Source: Eledone cirrhosa
Lineage: Eukaryota
DNA length: 64,000 bases
Direction of reading: 5' to 3'
Assembly: GCA_964016885.1 (NCBI GenBank)
Contig: OZ024741.1
Location: 184,326,001-184,390,000 of the forward strand
Shown in pieces: positions 1-11,768 of the stretch. The notes beneath the pieces were generated by a model. That model was not told the origin of the DNA. It was given only the letters and a program-made list of their open reading frames with translations, and made no database searches. The translations under genes were made by a program, and so were the position numbers. Every line of letters begins with the position of its first letter. Position 1 is the stretch's first letter.

Positions 1-539
1 CACACATATATACATGCACATACACATACATACATACAGACATATATATAGTAATAATAACAAATAAATCATTGACGTTAATTACTCAATTACTCAGAGA
101 TGCTATTCGTCTGAAAAATAATAGTTATGTTAGTGTTAACATATTTAATCCAACGAGCATCAACATCCAATTGAAAATATTTATGCGGTGAGGAAAAGAC
201 AACATTAGTTCAATAATTAGCTGTATTTTAATCATGTTGGAAACTTTGAAGACAACTCTGGACATGGTTCGGTCGTATTAGACCTCGTCAATGATGCATA
301 GTTGTTATTGCATTTACCCTCTTAGCAAATAAAATGTATAGTGGGGGAAAAGCATCACCAATGCACTTGTAGCTGGTAAATTTTGCCCACATACGTCTCC
401 ATTTTCAAACCCGAATTAAGACATTTAAACTTACTTTATAAATATACCAAAATGATGATGTTAATATAATACACTCATATCTTACTTTAAATGTTGTTAT
501 ATATTTTTTTTTTTGGGGGGGGGGGGGGTTCATGTTATA

Positions 540-730
540 ATATTGTTTCTACTTTTGGCTCAAGGCCAGCAATTACCCCGGGGCATTACTGGTACTTTAT
601 TTTATCGATCCCGTAAGAATGAAAGGCAAACTTAACCTCGGCAGGAATTGAACTCAGAACGTAAAGAGCCGTAACTCCATACTGTAAAGCATGATGTCTG
701 ACGCTCTATCGATATTGCCAATCCACTGCC
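540..730 (-). mobile_element. tRNA-derived SINE (dominant family), full length
   Basis: Reverse complement shows A-box-like TGGCAATATCG, B-box GAGTTCAATTCC, core GCCTTTCATTCTTACGGGATCGATAAA and tail CTGGCCTTG..AAAGTAGAAACAAT; matches many other copies in the window. Confidence 0.9.
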
Positions 731-876
731 AGAAAGATATATATAAATCACACTCACTGTTTGGTTGGGGTTGGTTTTCGCTTCAGTATATTTTATATTT
801 CTATAATTAAATCAGCAGGCAATCAATGTTTATCAGTGATTGACCAACAGTTAAAAATATAGATATAAATATAGTC

Positions 877-920
877 TCTCAGAGTTCTTTCGTCACACAC
901 CTGTGACATCATCAGTGATA
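877..920 (-). ncRNA. Minimal hammerhead ribozyme motif in PLE-like repeat
   Basis: Minus strand: tatca CTGATGA tgtcac aggtgt gtgac GAAA gaac TC tgaga; paralogous to 10714-10757, including the flanking sequence. Confidence 0.7.
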
Positions 921-1167
921 CTGTTATGTTTCCTCCCTATATTGCTGTAATGTTCTCTTATTAGTTTAAATGTTTATATGGAAATCTATAGTGATTCCTG
1001 TTACATCCACGTATTTGCCTACAATAGATAGCGCAATGAATTCCAAACTCGTGTTAGATAACATTGTTAAAATTTCCAAAAGAAAAACAAAACAATACTT
1101 AAACATATTGTATATGACTTTCACATAAAGATTTATTACATACACATCACACCACGCACACATACAC

Positions 1168-1210
<43 letters not shown>

Positions 1211-1213
<3 letters not shown>

Positions 1214-1376
1214 AACGAGTAGGACCCCGACGGCTGAGCTCAAGCCGTTTCGACGGGTAATTCAGTCCAGAATTAACCGTCGAAACGGCTTGAGCTCAGC
1301 CGTCGGGGGTCCTACTCGTATTGAGTTCTTTGGTGCGTTATGGTCCACCTGGTTCCTTACCACATTTCTTTCGTTA
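1211..1376 (+). mobile_element. Fold-back PLE-like element with 3' half of a hammerhead, inserted in (TA)n
   Basis: Inverted arms 1215-1263 and 1270-1319; GAAA cggct-tgagctc-agccg TC at 1282-1304; same 3' tail as 4695-4752 and 60168-60215. Confidence 0.75.
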
Positions 1377-2289
1377 TATATGTATATATATATATATAAA
1401 TATATATCCCTTAACGACATCTTCTTATATATATATATATTTATCCTTATTGAGCCTTCTTTGGATTTTAGTCTTCACATTTATTATCATTACTATATAT
1501 ATATATATGATATATTCTTATTGTCACTTTATATATATAAAGTGACAATAAGAATTGCAGCTTTTTCTAAACTTTATTACGCATTACAATTTGTTTCCAT
1601 ATCGATCAGTTCGGATTTAATCATGAGATCGGATCCAAACTCTTGTTCAGATATGAGAGTTTACATGGGTGGTCCCATCCAAACTGTTGACATATGTCCA
1701 GTGTTCGTTTATATACATGTTAATGGGTTATAGTGTGTGGGAGATGGAAGTGGGTAGAGAGTGGGTAGTGCTTTTCAATGTGACAGTGGTGGTAAATTGT
1801 AAAGAATTGCAAAGAATTGTAATTGGGAGGGGCATAACATTTTCTTTAGATGAAATTATAAATATCAAAATTGGGAAGAATGAAAGGAAAAATAGAGAAG
1901 CAGCTGTTAGGTGGTTAGCAGGAATTCTAAGGTCGGCTAGTATAATGATAAGAATGACAGGTAGGGCCATATTGTTATGAAGGATAATGGTAAGCATACA
2001 AGTGAATAGAAAAAGAAGTGGGAGGAGAAGTAGAGGAAGAGGAGGTGGAGGAAGAGGTAGTGGTTGCGTTGTTTATGGTGAATATGATTGTGATGATAAT
2101 GATGGTGGTGGTTACGATAATGGCGATGGTAAAATAGAAGATGATGTGGAAGGTGGCGAAGGTAGAGATGATGAGGTTGAAGATGAATGGCGGGGACGAA
2201 TTAGTGTTTAAGTGTTGGTGTTTTAGGAATGGAGATGTTAGGAGAAATGAGATGGAAAGTAATAAGAAATAAAATCTAAACTATAATAA

Positions 2290-3250
2290 AGTAAGGAGTG
2301 CGGGACTGCGTACGGTTTTTTTTTTTTTTTTATCCCGTTTGTAATATAAGTTGGATTACTTTGAATAAATAATTGTTTTTACTTTGGGCACAAGGCCAGC
2401 AGTTACACAGTGCATTACTGGTACTTTATTTTATCGACCACGTAAGGATGAAAGGCAAAGTCAAGCTCGGCGGGATTTGAACTCAGATCGTAAAAGGACG
2501 TAACTATGCTGGAAAGCATGGTGTCTGACCATCTACCGATACTGCCAATCCACCGCCCTTGGTGAAATATAGACATATATATTTATATATATATATCTCA
2601 GTGTGTTTGGCCTTTGACGTATGTTGTAGCTCTAATTCATATGAATTATCGAGCGCTTGCCACACAACTCGGAGGTGTTTTTCGTTAATTCCTGAGCTGA
2701 AATTCGATTCTCGCTAATTTATATTTATATATTTATATATATAGACATATATATTTATATTACTTTGAATAAATAATTGTTTCTACTTTAGGCACAAGGT
2801 CAGCAATTACCCAGTGCATTACTGGAACTTTATTTTGAATAAATTTACTTTGAATAAATAATGAATGAATATTACATAATTTATCTACTAAATTTCGTGA
2901 CTGTTGATTAAATATATTTTGTTTATTTAAAGATTCACTTCTTTAAAATTTCTGAAATGTCAACACTTCCGGTTGGCCATCGCTAAAATAAACATACTAA
3001 TTTTCTGTCACTAATTTTCTCCTAATGCAGTTTATATATAATATCGTCTTTTTTAACGTATCATGGATTACGTTACTGATAAAATAAGACAGTGAAACGC
3101 AGTATTCGTTCAATTTCTATGTATTATATATTGTCAATTACGATTTTATTTAATGTATCATATTTACATGTATATATACCTGCGTATAATATCAATATAC
3201 ACACTACACATGCTAGCAGAAAACCACCCGAACGGTGGTTTTCTGCTCGT
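2290..3250 (+). mobile_element. Interspersed repeat ending in a strong hairpin (Helitron/Helentron-like), interrupted by SINEs
   Basis: Homologous to 46197-46752; ends in AGCAGAAAACCACC-CGAAC-GGTGGTTTTCTGCT. Confidence 0.55.
2370..2558 (-). mobile_element. tRNA-derived SINE, full length
   Basis: Same A/B boxes, core and tail as the other copies. Confidence 0.9.
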
Positions 3251-3538
3251 GAATATAATTGTTTCTACTTTGGGCACAAGGCCAGAAATTATCTCAGTGT
3301 ATTACTGGTGCTTTATTTTATCGACCCCGTAAGGATGAAGGTGAAATATAGACATATATATGTGTGTGTGTGTGTGTGTGTGTAAGAAAATGAGGTTTTT
3401 TTTTAAATAAAAAAACGAGATGTCCTACACGGACGAAATTATAAGGAAAGGAATTCGAAATTGCAACTGGAGTCTTTTAAAGAATATTCATTTATTTCCT
3501 TTACTAAATTTTAGATTTCTTACCCGTATATATATACA

Positions 3539-3569
<31 letters not shown>

Positions 3570-3689
3570 GTATGCTATAATGATACATACATATAAAGAT
3601 ACATACATACATATATATGTATGCTACAATGATAACATTTTTTTCCAAATAACAAAGGTTCTTTATTTACAATTGTATAAATTTACAGT

Positions 3690-3900
3690 AACACATAAGA
3701 ACTACCATAACGCATCCTCTATTTAAACCGTCAAGACATTTAATTACACAATACATGAACTCTATAGATAATAAACACAACTACAAGGATATGGTCCGAA
3801 TGTGGAAGAGCCGAACAGTCGTATTTAAATTCTCAATAACCGATTCTCTATTTTTAAACACATTCAAACCTTAAATTTGTAAATATATACTTATCTACAT
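3690..3900 (-). pseudogene. Highly degenerate LINE ORF2 C-terminus (I-group-like), tentative
   Basis: Minus-strand translation RFECV*K*RIGY...HVLCN resembles the RxEVxLxRLRIGH...HIL..C terminus. Confidence 0.3.
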
Positions 3901-4549
3901 GTGGAATAATTATTAAATTTATTGTTAATTTTTATTGTTTTATTAAAATTAGATGAATACAATTAGATAAAAACTTCTTATGCTGAATATTTATGTATAT
4001 TTTAAAGATTGGTTGTTTATGATCCTGGATAGATAGTAGTAGTTTTCTCTTTTAGGAAGTTATAATAACTATTTAAGTACTTTCTATATTCAATGCTTTG
4101 CAATTAAAATTCCTTTTTTTCTAATTTAGACTGTTTTCTAATATTAGACTATGTTTCCTTAAAAATATCTATGTTGTCCGAAGACACGAACATAAACTGA
4201 AATAAGTCATTAATTTTTTGAGTCAATGTTATATATTGAGATTTATAAATATATCCATTATATATGTGAATAATGGAACTATATATATAGATAGTGTAGC
4301 TTGATCTTGTTTATTTTATTATTATTATTTTATTATTATTTATTTACATTATAATTTATGTGCTTTATGCGCCCACATGTATACGTCGGATTTGCTTATA
4401 GAAAAATTGATTCTTAAATGCATTTACGGATGGTAGATTGTAGAATTACATTGAGCTTGAAATATTATTCGCTTAATTCTTCATTTACCCGAATGTTTAA
4501 CTTTTAATATATATATATGTATATGTATATATGTATATGTGTGTATATA

Positions 4550-4607
<58 letters not shown>

Positions 4608-4608
4608 T

Positions 4609-4641
<33 letters not shown>

Positions 4642-4894
4642 CTCATATATATATGCGGTCATACTTTTTACTATTTCCCACTCTACTACCCTAAGTATTG
4701 AGTACTCTGGTGCCTTATGGTCCATCTGGTTCCTTACCACAATTTCTTTGTTATATATATATATAACAAATTATAAAGTAAGAAATAATTGTTTCTACAT
4801 TAGGCACAAGGCCAGCAAAATGTACTTTATTTTATCGACCCTGTAAGGATGAAAGGCAAAGTTAACCTCGGGGGTAAGAAAAAATAATAGACAC

Positions 4895-5235
4895 AGATAT
4901 ATACCTATTTTTTTCCTACAATGTCCCGACTCAACAGTTTTCCTGGTCTGTATGTAACAATCTTATATCATAGAGATGCAATATTGTTGTGAGGTAACCC
5001 AGCTTTTCAAGATGCTCCCTTGAAAAACTGGCTAAACTCACAACAATATTGCATCTCTATGATGTAGGATTATTGCATACTGACCATCGAAACTGTACAG
5101 TCGGGAGACTGAAGGAAAAAATAGCTATATATATGTGCCTTCTATTTCTTACTTTATAATATGTTACATACCTGTGATATCGAGTCAATTTAATTACCTC
5201 GATTATCTTGTCTCTCATAATCATAGAGCAACACT
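4895..5235 (+). mobile_element. Fold-back PLE-like element containing a hammerhead
   Basis: Inverted arms about 4895-5011 and 5019-5135 around loop ATGCTCC. Confidence 0.7.
5015..5107 (+). ncRNA. Hammerhead ribozyme, variant core UUGAAAA, long stem-loop II
   Basis: ctccc TTGAAAA actgg...ccatc GAAA ctgtacag TC gggag; perfect stem I and palindromic stem III. Confidence 0.75.
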
Positions 5236-5341
5236 GGTTAAGGTCGACAACACACAAACTCACATACTTGTGAAAAAAATATATGTGTATATATATATAC
5301 ATGTGTGTGTATGTATGCACATATATGTGTATATATGTGTA

Positions 5342-5943
5342 TATTGGTGCTACTGGTAACATGTATCCCAGTACAACCTGTCTCATGGTCGGGTCGTTGG
5401 CGACTAAACTGGCAACCCCACCAAGGTTTCTTGGTGAGGAGGGTGACTTTGGACATCCTGCAGGACTAAAAACAAAACCTGTCAAAGGGCAAAGGAGCTC
5501 TTAAGAGTCAATGGCCATCCAAAATCACCGGGAGAGATGACCCCTTAGCCTTTGTCAAGGCAGAATTCTAGGAGAAGGAAAACTCTGATATAACACCTGC
5601 AACCCTGATGGTATCCAATGATGTTGACTTGTTCTTCTTTTTGGTAAATATCATCTTGGTTAAGAGAGTGGGACTGGCTTTGTGCAGTGCCTTTGCTCAC
5701 TATAAAAGCTTCACGGCACAGGCATTGCTTTATATCTGGAGATCTCTCTGCACTTGTCGTCACATGGTACCATGGGCCCAGCACTATGTGTCAATAATTG
5801 TCACAAGTGTAGTGTTTGTACCAGAGTTTTCAATACGCTGGCTGAACTAAAAAGTCACACTCGTTCGTTCAGCGCATCGGTAGAGGTTCTCCTATATGGA
5901 TATAAAGTAGTGGCCGTACTCGAAAACGAGTTGGCAGCCACCA
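5342..5943 (+). mobile_element. Internally deleted RTE (BovB-like) LINE
   Basis: RTE-like 5' region; C-terminal C2H2 motif HKCSVCTRVFNTLAELKSHTRS; 3' hairpin CTCGAAAACGAG followed by microsatellite. Confidence 0.6.
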
Positions 5944-5980
5944 TATATGTATATATACATGTGTATGTATGCACATATAA

Positions 5981-6155
5981 GGGCGGTGGATTGGCAGTAT
6001 TGGTAGAGGGTCGGACGCTATGCTTTGCAGCATAGTTACGTTCCTTTACGGACTGAGTTCTAGGTTAACTTGGCCTTTCATCCTTACGGGGTCGATAAAA
6101 TAAAGTACCAGTAATACACTGGGTAATTGCTGGCCTTGTGCCAAACGTAGAAAAA
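5981..6155 (+). mobile_element. tRNA-derived SINE
   Basis: GGGCGGTGGATTGGCAGTATTGGTAGAG head, core and tail present; small deletion after the B-box. Confidence 0.9.
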
Positions 6156-6222
<67 letters not shown>

Positions 6223-6355
6223 CATATTGGGCGAAGAGGACAGGAAAACGAACGAACACAGATAGCCCCAGATTGACCTTAAATCTATTGATCTCTAGTT
6301 TGGTATTGAATATTTATTTTCCAGACTATCAATAACACACACACACACACACACT

Positions 6356-6405
<50 letters not shown>

Positions 6406-6406
<1 letters not shown>

Positions 6407-6595
6407 GTTAGCTATCGCCGTATTTTGACTAAACAAATTAAAGAAATTATTTAGCCTGATAGTGGGGTTAAGAACCCTCGGAGAAATGGAAAAAGATGAG
6501 TATTGACGTACAAGGGAGTCGAACCCACATCTTTCCACTATCAGGCTAAATAATTTCTTTAATTTCTTTAGTCAAAATACGGCGATAGCTAACAT
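6406..6595. repeat. Inverted-repeat element (about 60-bp arms) with tRNA-like Pol III boxes
   Basis: Arms 6406-6464 and 6535-6595; minus strand reads TAGCCTGATAGTGG...GGTTCGACTCCC. Confidence 0.65.
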
Positions 6596-7354
6596 TTCTA
6601 ATAATTTCAAATCCACTCGCTCTTTCGAAAATATTCTTACTTGATATATATATATATATATACATATACACACACACATATATATATATGTACACACATA
6701 CACGTATATATACATATATATTAATATATTTATTATCGTTCAAAAATGACGGGTTCTATAATAAAAACTGTATGTAAAGATGCTTGAATTCTCGATTACC
6801 TTTAATCTTCTCCCTCCTCTTATCATTCTCGTATTTCATTTTATATTTATTTACATCAACTACAATAATTTTCTTTCATATGTTTTAAAATGTCAATGTC
6901 CTTATTCTATGTAAGTATGTTTCTATCTGCTTATTGTTGGACTGCTTTGCTTTTGAGATTCGTGTTTTGTTGTTATTGTAGTTCTTTGCCGAAGATAGAT
7001 ACAATGGTAAATAATTATATATCTATTTATATAGATAGAAAAATAGGGTGACAGTCAGAGAAAAATGATATATATATGTAGATAGATAGGAAGACAGTGA
7101 GAGGGAGATGTAGACAAATAGACATATAGACAAATAGATAGGCCTATATGTTTGTAGCGAGATAGATGTTCAGACAGATAGGTAGATAGATATGTAGACA
7201 GACATATATGCAAACAGCTAGATAATAGACTGGTATGTAAATAAATTAGATAGATAAATAGATTAATGTTTTTTTTATTGGCTGTGAACATGCTGGTCAT
7301 CAATAGAGAGAATGCCAAGTTGCCCCTCACCCATCAGATGTGTATCAATTATTT

Positions 7355-7830
7355 ATCAGAGCCTTTATATATATGACGTCACGATGAAGTCCTATAAGCC
7401 AGGCAGATTCTCCAGGGTAATAGAGAAACTTATGTTGTAGACCCGCATGTGTTTTTAATCTGCAAACTTCCGGTACTGGCTTTGAAGAGAAGGCAGATGA
7501 GTGGCAATTTCCGCTTCAAGATGCGGGATAAGCTAATCCCATCAGTCACAGAAAAGCAAGTGAAGAGTCTCGGGGACGTTTTCCATCAAAGTAGGCAGTG
7601 CCAAAGGGAGCAAGGAGGATGACTGCCATCAAAAACGTGAAAGCAGTCTAAAAGCAACAGAGTGACAATGGCTAATGAGAAGATACAGTTCGAGTCGTAT
7701 TAAGCAATTTGGACACAGGCTGAGGCTTGTCCAACCTTGGTTAGGTTACCTAGATGAGGATGCATCTTATACCATCCTGTTTCTCTCAAAGAACACTGAT
7801 GTGCCTAAAGGCTTGATCTGAGAATGTGTG
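7355..7830 (+). pseudogene. Degenerate HERO-like non-LTR retrotransposon RT fragment
   Basis: NFRFKMRDKLIPSVTEKQVKSLG parallels LQVQEEVIPLIQGNPTKCLGKWF in the 54-55 kb element. Confidence 0.6.
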
Positions 7831-7845
7831 AAGAACTATATATAT

Positions 7846-8345
7846 ATAATAAATCAGGAAAGAAGATTGACATGGTTTGCAATACAAAAAAAGTTTTTAA
7901 TCTCATTGCTGACAATTGTTTCTCTGAACTGGTAGGTCTAGAGATCGCTAATCGCTTGTTTTCACGTTACTCGATCGCCAATACAAAATTATAACCAGTC
8001 AGTTCTTCGCATGCTCCGAAGAACTGACTGGTTATAATTTTGTATTGGCGATCGAGTAACGTGAAAACAAGCGATTAGCGATCTCTAGACCTACCAGTTC
8101 AGAGAAACAATTGTCAGCAATGAGATTAAAAACCTTTTTTGTATTGCAAACCATGTCAATCTTCTTTCCTGATTTATTATTACTCCAAGTGTTTACAACA
8201 TAGGAATTACAGCATACTCGCAACATCACTATGAATACGCCTTGTTGAGTCAAACCAAGCCTAGCGTTGATATCATCCACTACCCGGAGTACCATAACTG
8301 GACTACACCTAAGGGGACTGGATATAACTATTATTTGTTACCCCG

Positions 8346-8346
<1 letters not shown>
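7846..8346 (+). mobile_element. Young fold-back PLE-like element in (TA)n
   Basis: Nearly identical arms of about 164 bp (7846-8009 and 8017-8180) with a 7-nt loop; tail 8180-8346 homologous to the reverse complement of 30007-30175. Confidence 0.8.
8012..8119 (+). ncRNA. Hammerhead ribozyme motif (core CCGAAGA), long stem-loop II
   Basis: tgct CCGAAGA actgactgg...ccagttcaga GAAA caattg TC agca. Confidence 0.7.
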
Positions 8347-8379
<33 letters not shown>

Positions 8380-8391
8380 TGCGTATGTAAT

Positions 8392-8720
8392 TTAAATTAC
8401 CAAAAGACCAAGGTGATGAGAAGAGCCAACAACACAAGTCCAGCAATCAGAGTCAACCTATAAGATCTGGAAGAAGTCGATCACTTCACCTATCTGGGCA
8501 GCAACCTGGCAAACAATATTAACGTGGAGATCGACATCAACTGTCGGATCGGCAAAGGAGCCGCAGTTTTCCAGCAGATGCGCCCTGTCTGGTCGTCTTC
8601 ATGCATCAGCACCAGGATCAAGCTGCGCCTGCTACCGACAATGCTGTAAGCAAGCGAAACCTGGAAGAGCACAGCAAAGACGGAGAGACGGCTGAATGCA
8701 TTCCACCAATGGTGCCTGCG
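8392..8720 (+). pseudogene. RTE-clade LINE RT/C-terminal fragment
   Basis: KTKVM...LEEVDHFTYLGS...INCRIGKGAAVFQQM...ASETW...RLNAFHQWCLR. Confidence 0.85.
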
Positions 8721-8724
8721 TAAC

Positions 8725-9845
8725 TCTACTTTCCTTCGGTGTTGAAGAAAAAGAAAACAAAATTGTTGTAATTGAGTTTAAACTTGGTTTGAATCATTTG
8801 ATGAACATTTTTTCTTTATTAATTCTCCCTTGCTCTGTGATTTCATAATCACATTGGTACAAGGGCGCGGGGGGGTCAAACTTTGGTCGTGCTTTTCCTC
8901 CCCATGCTTCTCTATGTTACTTAGAGGAATCTTGCTAGTGTATGAGGTTCTAATTTGTTGTCTGTGGACTGTCATTCTTTGTCGGAGTGTTAACCCTGTC
9001 TGTCCTATATAATGTCCACGGCAACCTTGGCAGGTGATGATGTAAATTACGTTTTCCAAGTTTCACGAGGATTTGTTCCTAATTTTAAAGATAGAACCGT
9101 CTTTGAAGTTGAATTCATGGAACTTCCAATAGGTAGCTACAAATTCTGCAATGACATCGGTTACATCTTTTCACAAAGGGTTCTGTAGTTATTGTTTGCA
9201 GCTCTGGCCATGTCAATTTTTTTTCTTAATGATTTCGGCTCTCGTTTCCTCTTAATACCAGGATATTTTTGTAATATGCTATTCATTTTTTTTTTGTAGT
9301 ATAGGTAGGTTTAGGTGTATGTGTGTATAAATTTCTGCGTTTTGGAGATTGAAGGTTGAGATATATGTCATGAATATTTTTTTCTTTTTTGGTTTTGTTT
9401 CTCGGAGGACTTGAAAACTAATTTGTTTTGCATTTTGGATGCTATCGTTGATTATATTTACAGAGTATTTTCTCTTGAGGAGTATATCTGTCATCTTCTC
9501 TTCTCTAGTCTATGGTCCCTTGTTCTTATGTTTGAAACTATTGTGCAGATTCATTTAGCAAGGTTAAATGGAATGTTGGTGCGTGCATGAGCTGAATGAG
9601 CAAATGTGAAGAGGAGGTATTGTCGGCAGTCGGTGAGTTTGCAAATAATGTTAGATTCCAATTTTGTATTTTCCTTTTTCATTAGTTTGTCTAAGAAATG
9701 GAGTTTTTCGTTGTTAAATTCCATAGTCAATTGGATGTTGGAGTGTATATCATTAATGAGTGTTTGAAAATTCGTTAGTTCACCCGCCCCCGCCCCATAA
9801 AAAATAAAACAATCATCTAGGTATCGTTTTCAGTTTTCTTTTATA
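8725..9845 (-). pseudogene. Penelope-like element remnant: RT and GIY-YIG endonuclease
   Basis: RYLDDCFIF (9826-9800); CKLTDCRQYLLF..H..H..TNIPFNLAK*ICTIV; NVIYIITCQGCRGHYIGQTGLTLRQRMTVHR; frameshifted. Confidence 0.9.
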
Positions 9846-9851
9846 TAGCGA

Positions 9852-10267
9852 CCCAAACCATATGGTTGAAAAACAGCATGCAGGATTTTAAACGAAAGAA
9901 TAACTCAAAAGATGTATTTGAAAATGTAAGTGAAAGCAGGCTTTGCTAAACATAAATCTTTTGTGCATGTTATAAAAATCTTTTATATATATATATATAT
10001 ATATATTAGGTGATCTTTTCAAACCATCTTTCTTTTATTATCTTTTTTTATTATATTTTTCCTTGCATATATAAGGGAAATGATAAAAAAAAGGGTTTGA
10101 ATAACTCACTTGGTATATTTACAGAAATGATTTTTATAACATGTATAAAAAACTGATGTTAGAAAAGTTCTCTTTCCTTTTTTGGATCATCAAAACATTT
10201 GTTATTAGGTTAAATTATATTTTCGTTAAAACTCCTGCATGCTGATTTTCAACCACATTTGTTTGGG
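9852..10267. repeat. Older, diverged inverted repeat abutting the PLE truncation
   Basis: TGGTTGAAAAACAGCATGCAGGA at the left versus TCCTGCATGCTGATTTTCAACCA at the right, with further paired blocks. Confidence 0.7.
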
Positions 10268-10384
10268 GTTGCTTAATTTAGCAAGGACAGAAGCAACCCA
10301 AACCAATTTGGTCGCTATGCTTGGCCGCAGCCAAAGCTTCGATTTTACTAAGCTAGTTCAATTATTATATATGAGTTTGTATAT

Positions 10385-10471
<87 letters not shown>

Positions 10472-10713
10472 TTGCGAGGTTTTTTTATATGAAATCGTGT
10501 GTCGAAACAAATATTGTTATACTTGGGGAGGGTCATATTTGTGTAATATTGCCAGAATTAATAACAGAACACACTCACTGTTTGGTTGGTTTTCGCTTCT
10601 CGCTGTCTTTTATATCGGTAATCTAACTTACTCGGTCCTCAATGTTGCCATTGACTGACCGACGGTCAAAAATAATACAGATACAATATAGACACAAACA
10701 CATATATATAGTT

Positions 10714-10757
10714 TATCATAAATCTTTCGTTGCACATCTGCAACATCGTCAGTGGTG
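10714..10757 (-). ncRNA. Minimal hammerhead ribozyme motif
   Basis: cacca CTGACGA tgttgca ga tgtgcaac GAAA gatt TA tgata; stem II covaries relative to 877-920. Confidence 0.7.
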
Positions 10758-10781
10758 TTATATTTTCCTCCTGTTGTATAT

Positions 10782-11244
10782 AAAATAAAATAAAATAAAT
10801 GAGTCAAATGTTTAAAATTTGGCTTCCTTTATTTGTCAATATGGTAGAGACAAGTACACATGTTGTTGAAGTGTTTAACTTTGTCAATACTCTGATATGC
10901 CCAGTTCCTGGTTGGGTTGTTAATTCACTGAGGAACTGGAATCATATGATTCCAGTTCCTCAGTGAAATAACAACCCAACCAGGAATTGGGCATATCACA
11001 GTTTTGACAAAGTTAAACACCTCAACAACATGTGTACTCGTCTCTACCACACTAATTGGGACTGCTGAAGAGGTCACAGCCAAATATGGCTGTCACCGAA
11101 ATATATATAGCAGTAATAAACGAAGCCAAATTTTAAACATTTGACTTATTTATTTTATTTTATTTTACATTACTCCGGAGTAACCAAACCAACCTGCGTA
11201 CTTCGTCGAGTGCTCCAATCTGCATACTGAGACATATACTCAAA

Positions 11245-11246
<2 letters not shown>
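10782..11246 (+). mobile_element. Fold-back PLE-like element
   Basis: Palindrome centred on GGAATCATATGATTCC (about 10945); arms run to 10782 and 11167; tail ends at (TA)n. Confidence 0.8.
11061..11114 (+). ncRNA. Hammerhead ribozyme motif
   Basis: actg CTGAAGA ggtcacagcca aata tggctgtcacc GAAA tatata TA gcagt; stem I register off by one nucleotide. Confidence 0.7.
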
Positions 11247-11274
<28 letters not shown>

Positions 11275-11278
<4 letters not shown>

Positions 11279-11672
11279 ATAATAATAAATTTGAAGACTA
11301 AAATCCAAAGACCGCTCGATAAGGATAAATATATATCAAATATATAAGAACCCTAGAGCAAATATTTATTAAATAACAGATTAAAGTTTAAGCAAAGAAT
11401 CGCTGCTTTCACCCTTAATGGGATCTTCTGAAACTAAAAAAAAATCAATCTGTGAACGCAGAAGTAAATATTTCGAAAAACGTTGCAACCGAAGAAAAAC
11501 AGGAAGACTATACTTTGTTTCGTGAAGACGTTCCCTGGCAATGAACGGAAAAAAGCGAAGATAATACGTCATTATGTGGGACGATAAGAACAATTACACG
11601 TTTATGGTATAAATGAAGTCGTAGACTAATATTCTATTTAGGAAACCGAATGATTCTCGGCTTCAGAGTTAA
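11275..11672 (-). mobile_element. Interspersed repeat family with variant HHR (11385-11435)
   Basis: Copies at 1410-1497, 28555-28860 and 29098-29300; agttt CAGAAGA tccc attaa gggt GAAA gca..tgc TT aaact. Confidence 0.7.
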
Positions 11673-11768
11673 GAATAATTGTTTATACTTTTGGCACAAT
11701 GCATTACTGGTACTTTATTCTATCGACCCCGGAAGGATGAAAGGCAAAGTTAACATCGGCGGGAATAA

